Assembly: GCF_000150275.1 (NCBI RefSeq)
Contig: NW_002060947.1
Location: 5,180,267 to 5,244,266, forward strand
Length of the DNA stretch: 64,000 nt
Source: Trichoplax adhaerens
Lineage: Eukaryota > Animalia > Placozoa
Direction of reading: 5' to 3'
Shown in pieces: positions 12,101 to 25,300 of the stretch (positions are counted from its first letter, which is position 1; each line of letters begins with the position of its first letter). A model generated the notes under the pieces. That model was not told the origin of the DNA. It saw nothing but the letters and a program-made list of their open reading frames with translations, and made no database searches. The translations under genes were made by a program, and so were the position numbers.

Positions 12101-14560
12101 TGCATGTATTAATGTCAAAATGCAACACGAAATTCTTAATATAATGATGTTATATATATGCAATCATTCTTTTTTGTTCAAGCTTAAAACGATATCATAT
12201 TTATTATACGATAAAGAATACTTTTCACATTCAGTTGATAAAATCTTTCCTATCTTTTAATTTGTATATTTTTTATCTAAGGAAGATATATTCAGCATTG
12301 AATATTGCAGTTTTAGGAGATTTGTTCAAGCGTAATTATACACTATATCCGCTTATGTTATGTATTTTTCGTGTGATTAACATGTAGCGTGTATCCTTTG
12401 GTATATAATGGCGGCTACCATCCTAAGTAATGCCTTACGGCGTAGCTTAGTACTTCTACTGATTGGAATTTGGTTTCCATCAGGTTAGTTAGCAGTCGTT
12501 ACTACATATACAAAGCCTATAGATTATTCGCGAATTATAGATTTCGATATATTATTTAACGTATGTTGGCAATTTAATATTGGTTTTGCTGCAGCACTAG
12601 TTTATTTCTAAAAATTTATGCAACGAATATAACTTAATATACTGTTGCGAAACAACTAAATTCAATATATGCATATCAATGCATTCTCGTGATTTTTATT
12701 TGTACTGTATTTTAATCCATAGTTTAATATTTAATTATTTTTGATTTTAATAATTCTTGGCTTCAGTGCAAATTAATTGCGGATATGAAAAGATTTTAAA
12801 AGTCAGTTCTAATGATAATTTTTATCACATAGTAATAAGGGATGAGTATCGCTGCAAACTATAAGGCCAGCAATTATTGATGATTAAACTATAGCGTAAT
12901 TTACTTTGCTTATTAAAATCATTAACTGAAGAGCCATTGTGATATATACCAATCACGAAATTCCAAATTTTAGAAAAATAAGGGCTTTAATGAATCTTAT
13001 ACAAAGATTAACTACACACAGCTCTACTCTAGCCGAATACTACTACTAAAGACTTCTACAGCGAACTAACAGAATAATCTAAAGTTGCATGCTTTTATAC
13101 TTTTCGTAGCATTCGCAGCTACAATCCGCATGGCAACCTTTTACCTTATTTTACACATAGTTAAATTATTCTTATTAAGTAACACTATTCTACTGCGGAC
13201 CATCATTAATCCAATATGGATACGACTACAGTACTTACGTAGATATTATTCACACCAGTCAAAGTACAATGAATTAACCATATCCTAATATATGATTTAC
13301 AGTTCTATTTTTACCTATAGCCTTATTAGTAACTCAACACCTTACTGTATATAGTCATCTGTACTCTAGCATAGGGTCTATATCACTACAGTCTATAGTT
13401 ATAGCTACCAAATATCTCTTAGGATAAATTTCTACCGTACATTATACTAAACATGGCTAACAGTCTATAATCACAATACTAGTTACATTACAGTCATCCA
13501 ATGAGTTCATACAGTGCTAACTGAAATTAAAATTTGGTTATTTTGTATTATCGTATTACTCAGATCTTCGAGTTGACAATTTAATATTTAAGTAATAATA
13601 TCGTCGCCATTTACAGAACTTTATGATCGATATAACTACAAGGAAATGTATTTGAGATAGTATAGATTTTAAATTAACTTCTACGTGTAGTAATCATCAA
13701 TGACACAAAAGATATTTCGTTCCACATGAAATATACATTACTTTGTAAACTACTCTTCATCACAGCTACCAACTCCAGCGATGCTAATTAACTGCCTATC
13801 TTAAGCTAGGCTGCTTATATCGTAAAATTTTAACAAAATATGAAACACCTTTTCATAGTGTTATTTCGAAAATAATTCTCTCGATATAACATTATTGAAA
13901 TGGTTAGTAATGGGATGATGAATCTTTCGATAGTGATAAATTAAAAATGCGCTTAATATGTACAAATTAGCAATCAATGTCGTAAATATGAGACAATGCC
14001 TTGAATACTGTTGCCATTTCGATTAATTAATTATTAATGCAACATATAATTAGAAACTAACAAATGATAATGATACATCAAATCATTTTACTTTTGATTT
14101 ACAATGACTAATTCAAAAAATACAATAAAGATTGATTCTAATTTTAGATTGAGTTTGCATAATTCGTTAGTAAATTCTGTTCTAGAAACTTATCTTTCCT
14201 AAAGAATTCGTAAGTACAAACATGATTATTTTCATAAGTATTAAGTTTAATATTGTATGAATTAATTGAGCTAAAATTATCGTAAAGTTCTGAAGACGTA
14301 TCTTTAGATATTGCATGCAGTAAATTACTCCATAAATTACGATGAAAATTCTTCAGAATGTCTTTCATGGTGACACTTAATAGTGAAGAATATGATCAAA
14401 TATTAATAATAATGTTTCTAAATTGCACGAAGTTCTGTATTAGTAACAGAAATGATATCATATTTTGTTACGAAAGATCACATTATTATTGAAACAAGAA
14501 ATGATATCTTAATTAGTAAGCATTCACAAAGTAACATTTGAATTGACTCATTAATTTTGG
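9110..14560 (-). pseudogene. Decayed intronless (probably processed) copy of an LGR-type LRR ectodomain
   Basis: Minus-strand fragments in order: ISVTNTELRAI, SYSSLLSVTMK, RNLWSNLLHAISKDT, FLEQNLLTN, HLLVSNY, RNGNSIQGI (14560-13930); EYIFLR*KIYKL, SLSYNK, NLSYNRF, EINLSK, FARFNVISEI, NIRKNKIL (12340-11460); ENLETLMLS, INMSKNKF, VDMSKYKI (10500-9110). The first block is collinear with the first LRRs of the plus-strand LGR but has no introns. Confidence 0.5.
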
Positions 14561-14652
14561 TTATGGTCACCTGGTGGCACTTTGACGAATAATCATATTT
14601 CCTAGGTTATTGTTATTTATTGCATAGAACCGATCAACGGAAACAAAAATTC

Positions 14653-14707
14653 ATGTTATTGCTAATAACGGAATTAGTGCTTACGTACGATCTTTGTCAT
14701 ATTTTAC
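14653..14707 (+). CDS. Tentative first (signal peptide) exon of the LGR gene
   Basis: ATG...MLLLITELVLTYDLCHIL plus C, then a GTAAGA donor in phase 1. This is compatible with the phase-1 start of the LRRNT exon at 16337. No independent support. Confidence 0.35.
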
Positions 14708-15168
14708 GTAAGAGAGTCATTTAACTCAGTTCGTACAACGTAAAGATCTGCAGTTATTTGGAATTAGTTATCTTCATACTTTTAAACTAATAGTCTACTG
14801 TACATCATAAAATCAGCGATAAGAAAAATACTCGTACTGGCTCAATTCCACTTTAATAGCCCTACTAAATCTATTGAAGGCTTGCACCATTTTGCCAATT
14901 GATTTGAATTTTAGATGCATAATACTAATTATTTTCTCCACGATACATAAAATACTATAAATCTTGTATTTCTTAAATTACATACCTTACTATATAGTAT
15001 GTTAAATTCCGAAAGTATTCCTGTATTGGGTATCTTATCTAATGATTAATTAACAGAATTCGAAGACATTTTTAATAGTAAATACTTAAAATCAGTTTAT
15101 AGACTTATACATAAGATCATAATTATTGAAAATATAAATTTATAGTTTAAATTTAATTACAAGTATTC

Positions 15169-15635
15169 AGTCTTGAAAACAGTATTGCTACAAGATAGCG
15201 TAATTTACGAAGCATAAATCGACTCACTGAATTTCATATCGTGGAATAATATCTGCGTTATCGGAAATAATTTTCTTCTACTAATAGATATATCATGAAT
15301 TAGACGCCTCGTATTATGCATTAAACAATAATTTTAAGAAATCCTTTTATCATTGGAGCGCGGTATATCGTATTCATATACTCCTCTGCAGTACTTCTTG
15401 AGTCCTAGTTAGAACTATTAGCTTTAAAATCTTTCAATGAATAGAAGTTGATCGTACCTACCGCTACTTTAGGAAAGTGACAGTATTTACAGACATAGAC
15501 ATCTAATGACAAATATAAGATAATCAGATTACATTGCATTCATACATGGAATATTTTTGAATTAATCTGCAATTTACCATAACTTAGTTACAATCACAGT
15601 TATTCGAACTGTAAAGTAGATATCACTTCGTGACA
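15169..15635 (-). mobile_element. Older, diverged member of the A/B solo-LTR group
   Basis: Contains the shared blocks TTAGACGCCTCGTATT, ACAGTATTTAC..ACATAGACATCTAATGAC and TTACAATCACAGT.ATTCGAAC. Ends in CGTGACA; no clean TSD. Confidence 0.6.
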
Positions 15636-16336
15636 GTCACTGACTGATACCTATCTTATTTTCATCAGATAATATTTTGTGATATTTATTAAACATGTCG
15701 TTATTTATGATGTTAGACGTTCTTTTAGAGACAAATGTGTAGTTACACAACATTATGTATGCACTAATAACTAATAATTACGTATTGAGTATAAAATTCA
15801 TTAGTTTATCAATATAAGTTTGGGTTTATCTTTGTCAAATGAGACTATAAGGTTATTGTTCCTTAGGACGATAGGAAACCGTGAGCATTCAGTGTTTTAA
15901 TGTAGGTAGAAATCGGGGGAATACCTGACAGTAGACTTGTAGTTTTAGTTTTATGTAGTAGCTAATTTTTTGCCGTTACGAATTTTGATTTGCAACAGTA
16001 GATTATTCTAAACTTCGTTATTTAACTACTAATTTTAATATCGTGATCTCGCGAAATGTCAGCACCATATTAAAACACTATGTATCTTGTTTACAAACTT
16101 GACTAAATAAGAGTAAGCGAGCAACGTTGTAGTAACATAGATATTCCTATTCTCATATCTAAAGTACTGTGATATAACACTGTGAAGCCTATTGTCAATA
16201 GCTCATTAACTGACAGCATTACAATTAGTTCTCAAGGCGTAAATTAATTATCTATCATATTTTAAGAGTAAAAATGATTTTAAACTCGTACTAGAACTAT
16301 ACCGTAAACTAATAATTTCTATTTCAAATGATCTAG

Positions 16337-19300
16337 CCTCAGCTTTGTGGTGCATAGATGTTAAATATTGCAAGTGCGACCAGAAAAATACAACAATAAT
16401 GTGTTCAAATTTCGAAATGAAAGAGATTCCAACTGGAAATGCTATAGTTACCACCGTTGGTGATCTGTAAGTAATATATAGAAAGGAACTTAAATTTATT
16501 ATAATATTATGTGGAATTAGAAACAGACACGCATATTTAAAGTTATAGAATTGCATCGACAATTATTGATAGATCTACGATTATGATGTCATATGCCCAC
16601 GCCTATTTTAGAAATTAAGCAATAAAGATATATTTAATCTAGATTTAGAAGTTTGGTAACAGGCTGCATTATACAACCAGTAATGAGAAATATCGATTGA
16701 AAGATAATCATACTGAAATAGTTACTATACCATAGACATTTTTGAAAATATCCCTTACGTTTATGCGTTACTGCAGCATGAACATTATAGTTAATTATTT
16801 CACCAGGCTAGTGTAACGTAATTGGAAATCTACAGATACCTCATAACTCTAAGCTCTTAGCCAAAAGTAGAATTGAAATAGTCACGGCAATAAATGATCG
16901 GTAACTGTCACTATCATCGATAGATGCCGTTTTTAGTATTAATGTAAATATTAAATACTATTCGATTTTTAACGATACCACACTTATCTAGGATATTGGT
17001 AAATAATTCTAAATTTTAAATGATATTAAAATCAATTAAAGAAACATTATATTACTATCATTTCAATTTTAAAAAATTTGGGATAAGAATTTCTGAGAAA
17101 TACGATATTTCCAATTTAAGCAATTTATAGAGAATGCTTTAAATTATCACTAACCTTGCACTTCAATCAGGTCAATAACCGAAACTGGAATCAAAATTAT
17201 CAGAAATTACAGCTTTATTCAATATCCGAACCTTTCAAAAGTGTAAGCTAATGTCTCACATCTTTCATTGTCTGATTTTGAAAATTATACACAGATTGTC
17301 ACAAACCAGCTTGGTGACGAGGATAACGTAAAATAAATATCTAAATCTCTAAAAATCTGCGGATTCAGTACCCCTACTCACAAGAATTTAGACGCCTTTG
17401 ATTCTACGTTAAACTCAACTAGACAATTGAGAACTACTTTATTAAACTATCTGATGGGTTTATATACCCTTCTACTGTAGCTAACATTCATGAGTCATCT
17501 TATAAAAATACTAAGGTGAGAACATCTACTAACTAAGAGTCATCTTATAAAAATACTTAAGTGAGAACATCTACTAACTAATTTTTCACAGTCGGAAATA
17601 CAATATGTCCTTTCTCAGAATCATTTCAGTGCACATTACAGTACAACATTACATTTACTGTAACAAATTTATAATTAGAATAATTCCTATTGTAAGTAAC
17701 TAATTGTGATATATTATCACTATATTATATTCACCAAATTTAGATAGCTATTTCTTCACGGTAGTTCGTACCTGACACTGATACAAAACAACCTGAACCG
17801 CGTATGAGGGAGCAGTATCTACTCTTTCAGGAACACTTTTCCTATACTAGTAGACTACAAAAAGACTTAGACGCCTCGTATCTTACGTTAAAGATTAAGC
17901 ATAAGAACTAACTTTATTACACGATTTTTTGCATTTATATACTCTTTTGCAATGGCAAAGATATCCTAGTTAGTAATATTAACGTTGAAACTTGATAATG
18001 AATTAAAAACTAATTTTATCTACTGCTACCTAATGAAGATAACAGTATTTGTGAACATAGACATCGAATGACTAATACAAAATTGTAAGATTATAATATG
18101 TCCTATCACGTAACATTTCTACAATAATCTAAAATCTACCATAAGTAAATTACAATCACAGTGATTTGAATTATAAGAAGATTATTCTCGATTCCCTAAT
18201 TAAACTACTAATTTCAGTAATGTCTGTATATATCACTATAAAAGCTAGTGCTATATTTAAATATCACACATCTAAATTAGAAACTCTCCATATAAGGGTA
18301 AATCAACAAAATTATCCTAGCATAAATGTTTCTACTATAATTTCGATATCATAGTGCATAACACTGTAACATACGCCTATCCTGTCAAATAAAATCAGCT
18401 AAGATACGTTTAGTATTCCTTTTTAAGCTAAAAATACGATGAGTTTCTTTTCCGAACATTTTATTAGTAAACTTATGAAAATTAAGTGACATATATCCTA
18501 TAGCTTGTTGTTATGGTGTTGCGTAGTCATTAGGATAGTTTAATAAGTACAGTAGTAGCTAGTATGGAGAATATCCATATTTGTAGTGCTAGGTAAGATA
18601 AGTAATGCCTTAACGTGGATGTTGTTTGTAATAGTTCATTACATATTTGATATTGATTGTTATTGTGTGATAGATAGCAGTAAGATGATTCAAGTTCTAG
18701 TTAATGATAGTTGTATTAGACAACCTTCGAGCTTAGATTAAGATTAAGTATGAGCAAGAGATTCAAAATATTTACTGATAGAAAAGCTATGTAAGGAACA
18801 TCTCAGTTCGAGACGTTTCTCCTAGTAAGGTATAATACCAACACTGTTGTTGTTTACAAATTAGACGGTTCCTATATGAACGGGAACATTTGAGTTCAGT
18901 GGTGGTAAAAAGTTGTAGATGTATCTTTGCTAATAATAGTTTCATCTTTACAGTGTTTTGCTGTGTGTCTTTAACGTTAAGTAAAAGGGCATTTAAGCCA
19001 GTAGCTACTTATAGACTTTTACTGTACGTTACCTTGTCGCAGAAGTGAAATTGTGACACTTGTGTACCGAATATGTAATTCTTTCATGTCTTACTATTAA
19101 GACATAATAACTAGTTTTAACAAAGCGTGTAGATCTGTCTATAGACAGATCTACACGCTTACATTAAATTTATTTCATTAGAAAATATTAGAAGTAACTA
19201 GAGAGTTACTGAACGCAAAACTAAACCACAGCTGATATATTACCAACAAGTAACAAGATTAAATCTAATCTATGAATTTACGATCTTTCTAGCTCTCTTT

Positions 19301-22300
19301 GGCTTAGCTTATATAGCCTTTGATATTGTCCAATTTAGCCAGTAATATTCAAGTGTACATATATATTTTAAGACAATTACACTATGTAAAGAACCATATA
19401 TAAATCTTGATAATTAAGACTAACGATAGTCGTTACATGAACGATAAATACCTAAACAAGAACTTAATACTCAATATCGATTATCTATCTTTGACTTATT
19501 CTTTAGGACAATGTCAAGCAATAAAATCAGTTTTATTGAAGATGATGCTTTTAAAGGATTGAAAAATTTGCGAGTTTTGTACGGCAGAAGAAAAAATTAC
19601 CTAATCTTATTTCTATTATAATGGATGTAAAACTAATCTTATTTTCAGTCACGCAAGAAATGTTATTAATTTCAGTTTAATTCATAATTTTCGCATTAGT
19701 ATCTTATAATTGCAAAGATTAATTTTTCCATTACTAATTGAGTAGATATCAATTAGATTTTAGTTAATTCGAAGTTATCGTAACACAAATTTGGCCATAT
19801 TTTCCGAATATACTGACTTTGTTTTGAAAAATATTTCATCAAAACTGAATAGAGATCTAAGCCAAAATCGGATAACGTCCCTTTCAGCCAATGTATTTGA
19901 AGGTTTAATGTTCCTGAGCTCAATGTATGAAATTTATGATGCATTTTCATAGATGCTTGTGATAACATATTTAGTACAGTACATAACATTGTAATCGCCT
20001 GTGATTATTATGAGGCTCATCTTTAATGGTTTCTAATTTCAATTTAGGTCCTTGAGATTTAACAGACTGAAACGTGTTGATGCTGTTGTTTGGAAACATT
20101 TAAGCGGTCTCATTAATTTGTAAGCGCACATATAAAGCCATGGATTAATATAAATAATAAAATAGTCTTAATATATCACCTAGAATACCATTTTATTTTG
20201 AAAAAAGATATTTAGATACTGTCGGAACAGCGTATTCATTTATTTGTAGATTTTAAATGAAACACGTAAAAATACCAATTGATTTTTTAGACGAATATCA
20301 GGCAATCAGTTTACTTCGGCTGAAGATATAGGCCTCGCTGGATTAATTAATTTACGTATATTGTAAGTAATGTTTTAGCTTCAACGTTATATTGTAGAAA
20401 GCATAGAGAGGTATAAGTGTGAACCTATAGAATTATATTTTATGACTATGAAAATTTGCATTTATTACCATCTAACTTAACACTTAATTGGCAGTACATT
20501 TTACTTATCGTAGGCTTATTTTTAATAGAATTTTAGTTTTTATAACGTAAGAATATCTATAAAATTATCTTTTGTAAATTGATACCGAATTGGAATAACA
20601 ATCTAAGTTTTACTGTAAATGTAATCCCTTGGAATGTTAATTTAGATTCCTGCAGTTCAATCGCCTGAAATCCTTCAACTGTTCAGACTTTTCAGATGCA
20701 CGCTTCTTACAGAATTTGTGAGTGGTTTGCAGATTTATAATGGCATCAAACTTCGAATTTCTATGAAATTACAAATATTAAAAAATTTTTGGCGGTTTAT
20801 TTGATGTGACCTTTTGTAGGCATTTGTCAGCAAATTTTATACAAGAAATTAACCCTGAAAATATGAATTGCCAAATTCCACTGAGCACATTGTAGGTTAA
20901 AGCTTTTACAGCAATCAAAATTGCTACAGAGAACAATACTAGATTTTTACTATAGATCCATAAATCCTTATTAAAATGAGACGAATTTTTAGTTTGGGTT
21001 GATTTATACAGTTATAAATTAACATTCTAACAAAGACAGTATGCTATTTTGCATTCCTTCCTGAAATTGCCTAGGGTAACTATCAATAGCTAAAAGTTGA
21101 TTTAGATAGGCGAATTGGCTATGTTATAAAATCCATCTCGAAATTTCAAAATTTGCAGAAAATTAGAACTTTATCAGATCATTATCCAAAGATAACCTAC
21201 TCATAACGCTTCTCTAGGGGAACATTGCTACTAGAAAGACTTCTTGAAAAACTCATCGAATATTTTAAACTTATCTGCTTGCTTGCTTTCTGTAGTGCTT
21301 ACGGGCACAATCTCCATGTTAATATCCTACCGTATTTTTAAATTGTTTGTATTTAAATATATGCGTATAAAACGGTCCGTTTATACGTAAAGTCATTAAA
21401 AGGGTATTCCAAGTATCATAAGCAGGATATTATAACTAATTACTAGCTTAACGATAAATGCAGGGAGCTATGCTACCATACATCATACCATACATGGCTA
21501 ATAATAATATAAAATCCAATTCTAAGTTATGTTAGAGGCTGTTAAAAGAACTACATTTTAGTATTACTGCACATGGCATTTAATAAAATTTCAATTGAAA
21601 GGTAGTAAGTATTCTCTTTACTCTTGAGGCAATATAAATGTATCTGATGTAGATAAAAATTATTATATATAGCTACAACCTTAATGATAGTTAATCATTT
21701 ATTTATACCTAGCCTATGCTTATTTCGATAATAACTATAGAGAGTTGGATGGCAACAGAATTCGTTATTTAAGAAATGGAACATTTGCTTCTTTATCTTC
21801 CTTGAAGATACTGTGCGTTAAGATCTAGTTTAGATGAAAGCAAACATAAAGCTTTCATATGTGTTAATTACGTTAGGGATTGATATGAATTAGGATAATG
21901 ACTTTTTCATCGCTAAATGTATAGAAATTTGGCTTTTAATTCTATTTACTCAATGGAAGTGGCTGCTTTTAGTGATGGTCATAAATTAAGAAATCTGTAT
22001 GTATCTTTACGTTATTAAATTTTCCTTTATGTAAATGATTTCGAAAGAATTCAAGATGCTTTTAATTGTACTAAATCTCTCATTATCTAATTGCTCAAAA
22101 TAGATATATGAGTAACAATAAATTAAAAATACTGGATGGAAGGTTTTTTAAGAGACTTCCCCGTTTGCGAATATTGTAAGTATACTAGATGTAAATTATT
22201 GATCTTAGAATCATAAACTTAATTCTAATAATATATATTCTTCCGCTATAATTAATGGATAGCTATGCAAGAAATAATCAAATTCACAGCATCATAAATG

Positions 22301-25300
22301 ATGGATTTAAAGAAAATTCAAGAATGGGAACCATGTTAGTTTTTGCCTTAGATTATAGCATTCTCTTTCAGATTGTAGCTGATGCTGTTTTCGAATGGGT
22401 GTAAAATTTTATTTTAAGAATTAGAAATTTGATAATAGAAGTAGAAAATAAACTTTTCACGTTGCATCTTTTCTCAGAATCTTGACTTCAAACAATTTAA
22501 AGGAAGTGGCAAAAGATGATTTTGCTAATTTGAAAAGTCTGATTGATCTGTAAGCTAGATTTACAAATGGGTTGAATAGATAATCGATTTTAGATCGATT
22601 ATTATTATCACCGCTTCATAATAGTAGTTATACATATTTTATTTAGAAATTTATCCGAAAATAATATTAGTAAGATCGACTACAGAGCTTTTGAAGGATT
22701 ATCAAATTTAAAAAGATTGTAAGTATTAATCGCAGTGCAACCGTTATTGCTCACTTACATATCTCAAAAAAATTAATTGCGCAGTTTTTATTTTGTTCAT
22801 TCTTTTGTAAAAAGAAGTACGTTGTTGAATATGAAAGTGCACAAGTCATTATACGTATTACTAACTATTAAGTTGCTATCATTTTTCCGGTAATAAGATA
22901 CTTTTTACGACTTTGCATGGTCGTTATTAGAATTTCATTAATTGAAATTTATTAAACATAGATTGAGATTATATTATTAAGGAAAATGACGTTTTTCAAA
23001 TATGATGTCTTAAAGACACCCTAAATTGTAAATTTATCTAGATAGAATTAAAGGAATGAGATTATAAAGTTATAAAAGCTTATCAGTATCCTCTTAGCTT
23101 TCTATCTGCTATTACCTCAATGAACGCCTTAATCTCGAAGAAATAAACCTCACATCAACTGCTATAGTAATATACCGTATTATAGACATCCCTGAAATAT
23201 AATTAATTACTGTAGTACTATTTTTGATTACCGATATTTACGCCCATACTGAAAATGAGCTTTATAAAGAACGACATTTATGCTTACATTCTATCATTTA
23301 TGAGCTAGATAATATGAAATTTAATAAATGTTATGCTTAATAATACTGATCTTTATTGTCAGATTCTATAAAAAATACAAGCGTATATATTGAAAAGTGA
23401 AACTTATAAAAATTCTAATCGCAATTTTAATTCCTCAACTATACTTAGGCGCCTAAATGGGAATCCTATTGGCAATCTATCCATGGAGAATTTGAAAGAC
23501 CTATCTTCGCTTGAAAATCTGTAAGTAAAAACTTTAATATTTATTTTAGTTTTTAATGGATGGATGAATTTTTCACTTATCTATGATTCTAGAGAGTTAA
23601 AAAATATCCCCAATTTGGTTATTCACCTGAAACCTTTTAGTGCCCCACCATCTGGACCTCTCAAATTGTAAATAATAATATACCATTTTTTCAGCTCTTT
23701 AAATTATAGATGCGGTCTATGGAGACATATATATCTATATTAACTATTTTATAAATTTTATTTTGTCTATGGCAACAATTTTTATAGCTATTTAACAGAT
23801 TCTATAATAAACTTTATTGATGAAATGGCTTTTGCAAATTTCTCAGCTATGGAATATTTGTAAGTAAACATGTTTAACTATAATTCGAAAAATATGAAAA
23901 ATATATGAAGTTAATAGTCACATTAGTAAGGTTTTGTGGTTATCTAAAGTTTTCATATAATACAAATTGATTTTCATGTCTCTATGTTTCTAATAACAAA
24001 GCCACTACCATAGCCCGCTGTGATAAAGTGAACCAAAATAAATCAAGAGCTACAGTTTCTAGTACATTTCAATTTATTACATAGGTTCGGTTCGTCTAAT
24101 CTCTACAATAGACACCAATTTTAGAAAATTACGGCTGAATTAAAAATAATCCATATCATTCATTCTTAGCGTCATTTCTTTAGCTATTAACATTATGAAG
24201 CGCTATTATAAATGATTTTTTAGCTCCATTTTTCTCCCAATGTCAGACATCTAGCCAATTAAATTAAATATATAACTGATTGTCTCAAAACAGCTTTGTA
24301 ACCAGATAACGTAATGTACGATAATTAGTCAATTCCTTGAACCACGTATCAAGGAACGATATCTGCACTATCAGGAATACTTTTGCTCTACTAGCAGACT
24401 ATATAAAGATTTAGATGCCTCGTATTTTACGTTAAACAATAAGTTTAAGAATTAACTCTATTACACAATATATCGTGTTTATATACTTTTCCTCAATAGT
24501 TCTTTGGAATCATTCTCTGAATTAGACATTAATTTTAGCTACTACTCCCTAATTCAGACAACAGTATTTACCAACATAGACATCTAATGACTCATACAGA
24601 ATAGTCAGATTACGATACGTCCTATCGCGGAACATTTCCACGATAATTTACAATCTACTATAAGTAAATTACAATCACAATGATTCGAACCGTAAGTAGA
24701 TAATTCGCATTCCCTAATATAGCTATTAATTTCAGTATATGTATAACATATATCTGTCACATATAGCCAGTGCTGTATTAAAAACTCAGTATATCCAAAT
24801 TAGAAGTTAACTAAATAAGGATAGGCTAACAAAATTATCTTAACATAGACATTTGTACTCTAATACAGTATATAACACTGTCACACTGATTAACTAGAAT
24901 TATTCTTTGATATTAGGAATATGGGGTCTACCGGATTAAGATATTTTCCCAATACCTTACTATCGACTAACCAGGAAAGCGCCTTGAAAGAACTGTAATG
25001 CGATGTTATTTATTGAATTACGCAAGAATAAACATATTTATTGTCCATCTCGAAAAAATTCTAGAATTACAAGAGCATGTTAGCCATATATTCTTAAAAG
25101 CTGATTACAGTCGCATAATCTACTACAATAAACTAGTTGCAGTGTATTTACGGTCTTAATTCTACAGTCTGAGTAATAAATACAGCGAGTTCATGAGTTT
25201 GTTCTTGATTATTTTAGCTATTTATACCAAAATCTCATCGAATCGCTTCAAAGTAACTCATTTCATGGATTAACCAAGCTTCAAAAGTTGTAAGTCTTAT

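Noticed and set aside
13085-13288. Hydrophobic ORF as a possible LGR signal-peptide exon
   Set aside because: TTG start and no convincing compatible donor identified.
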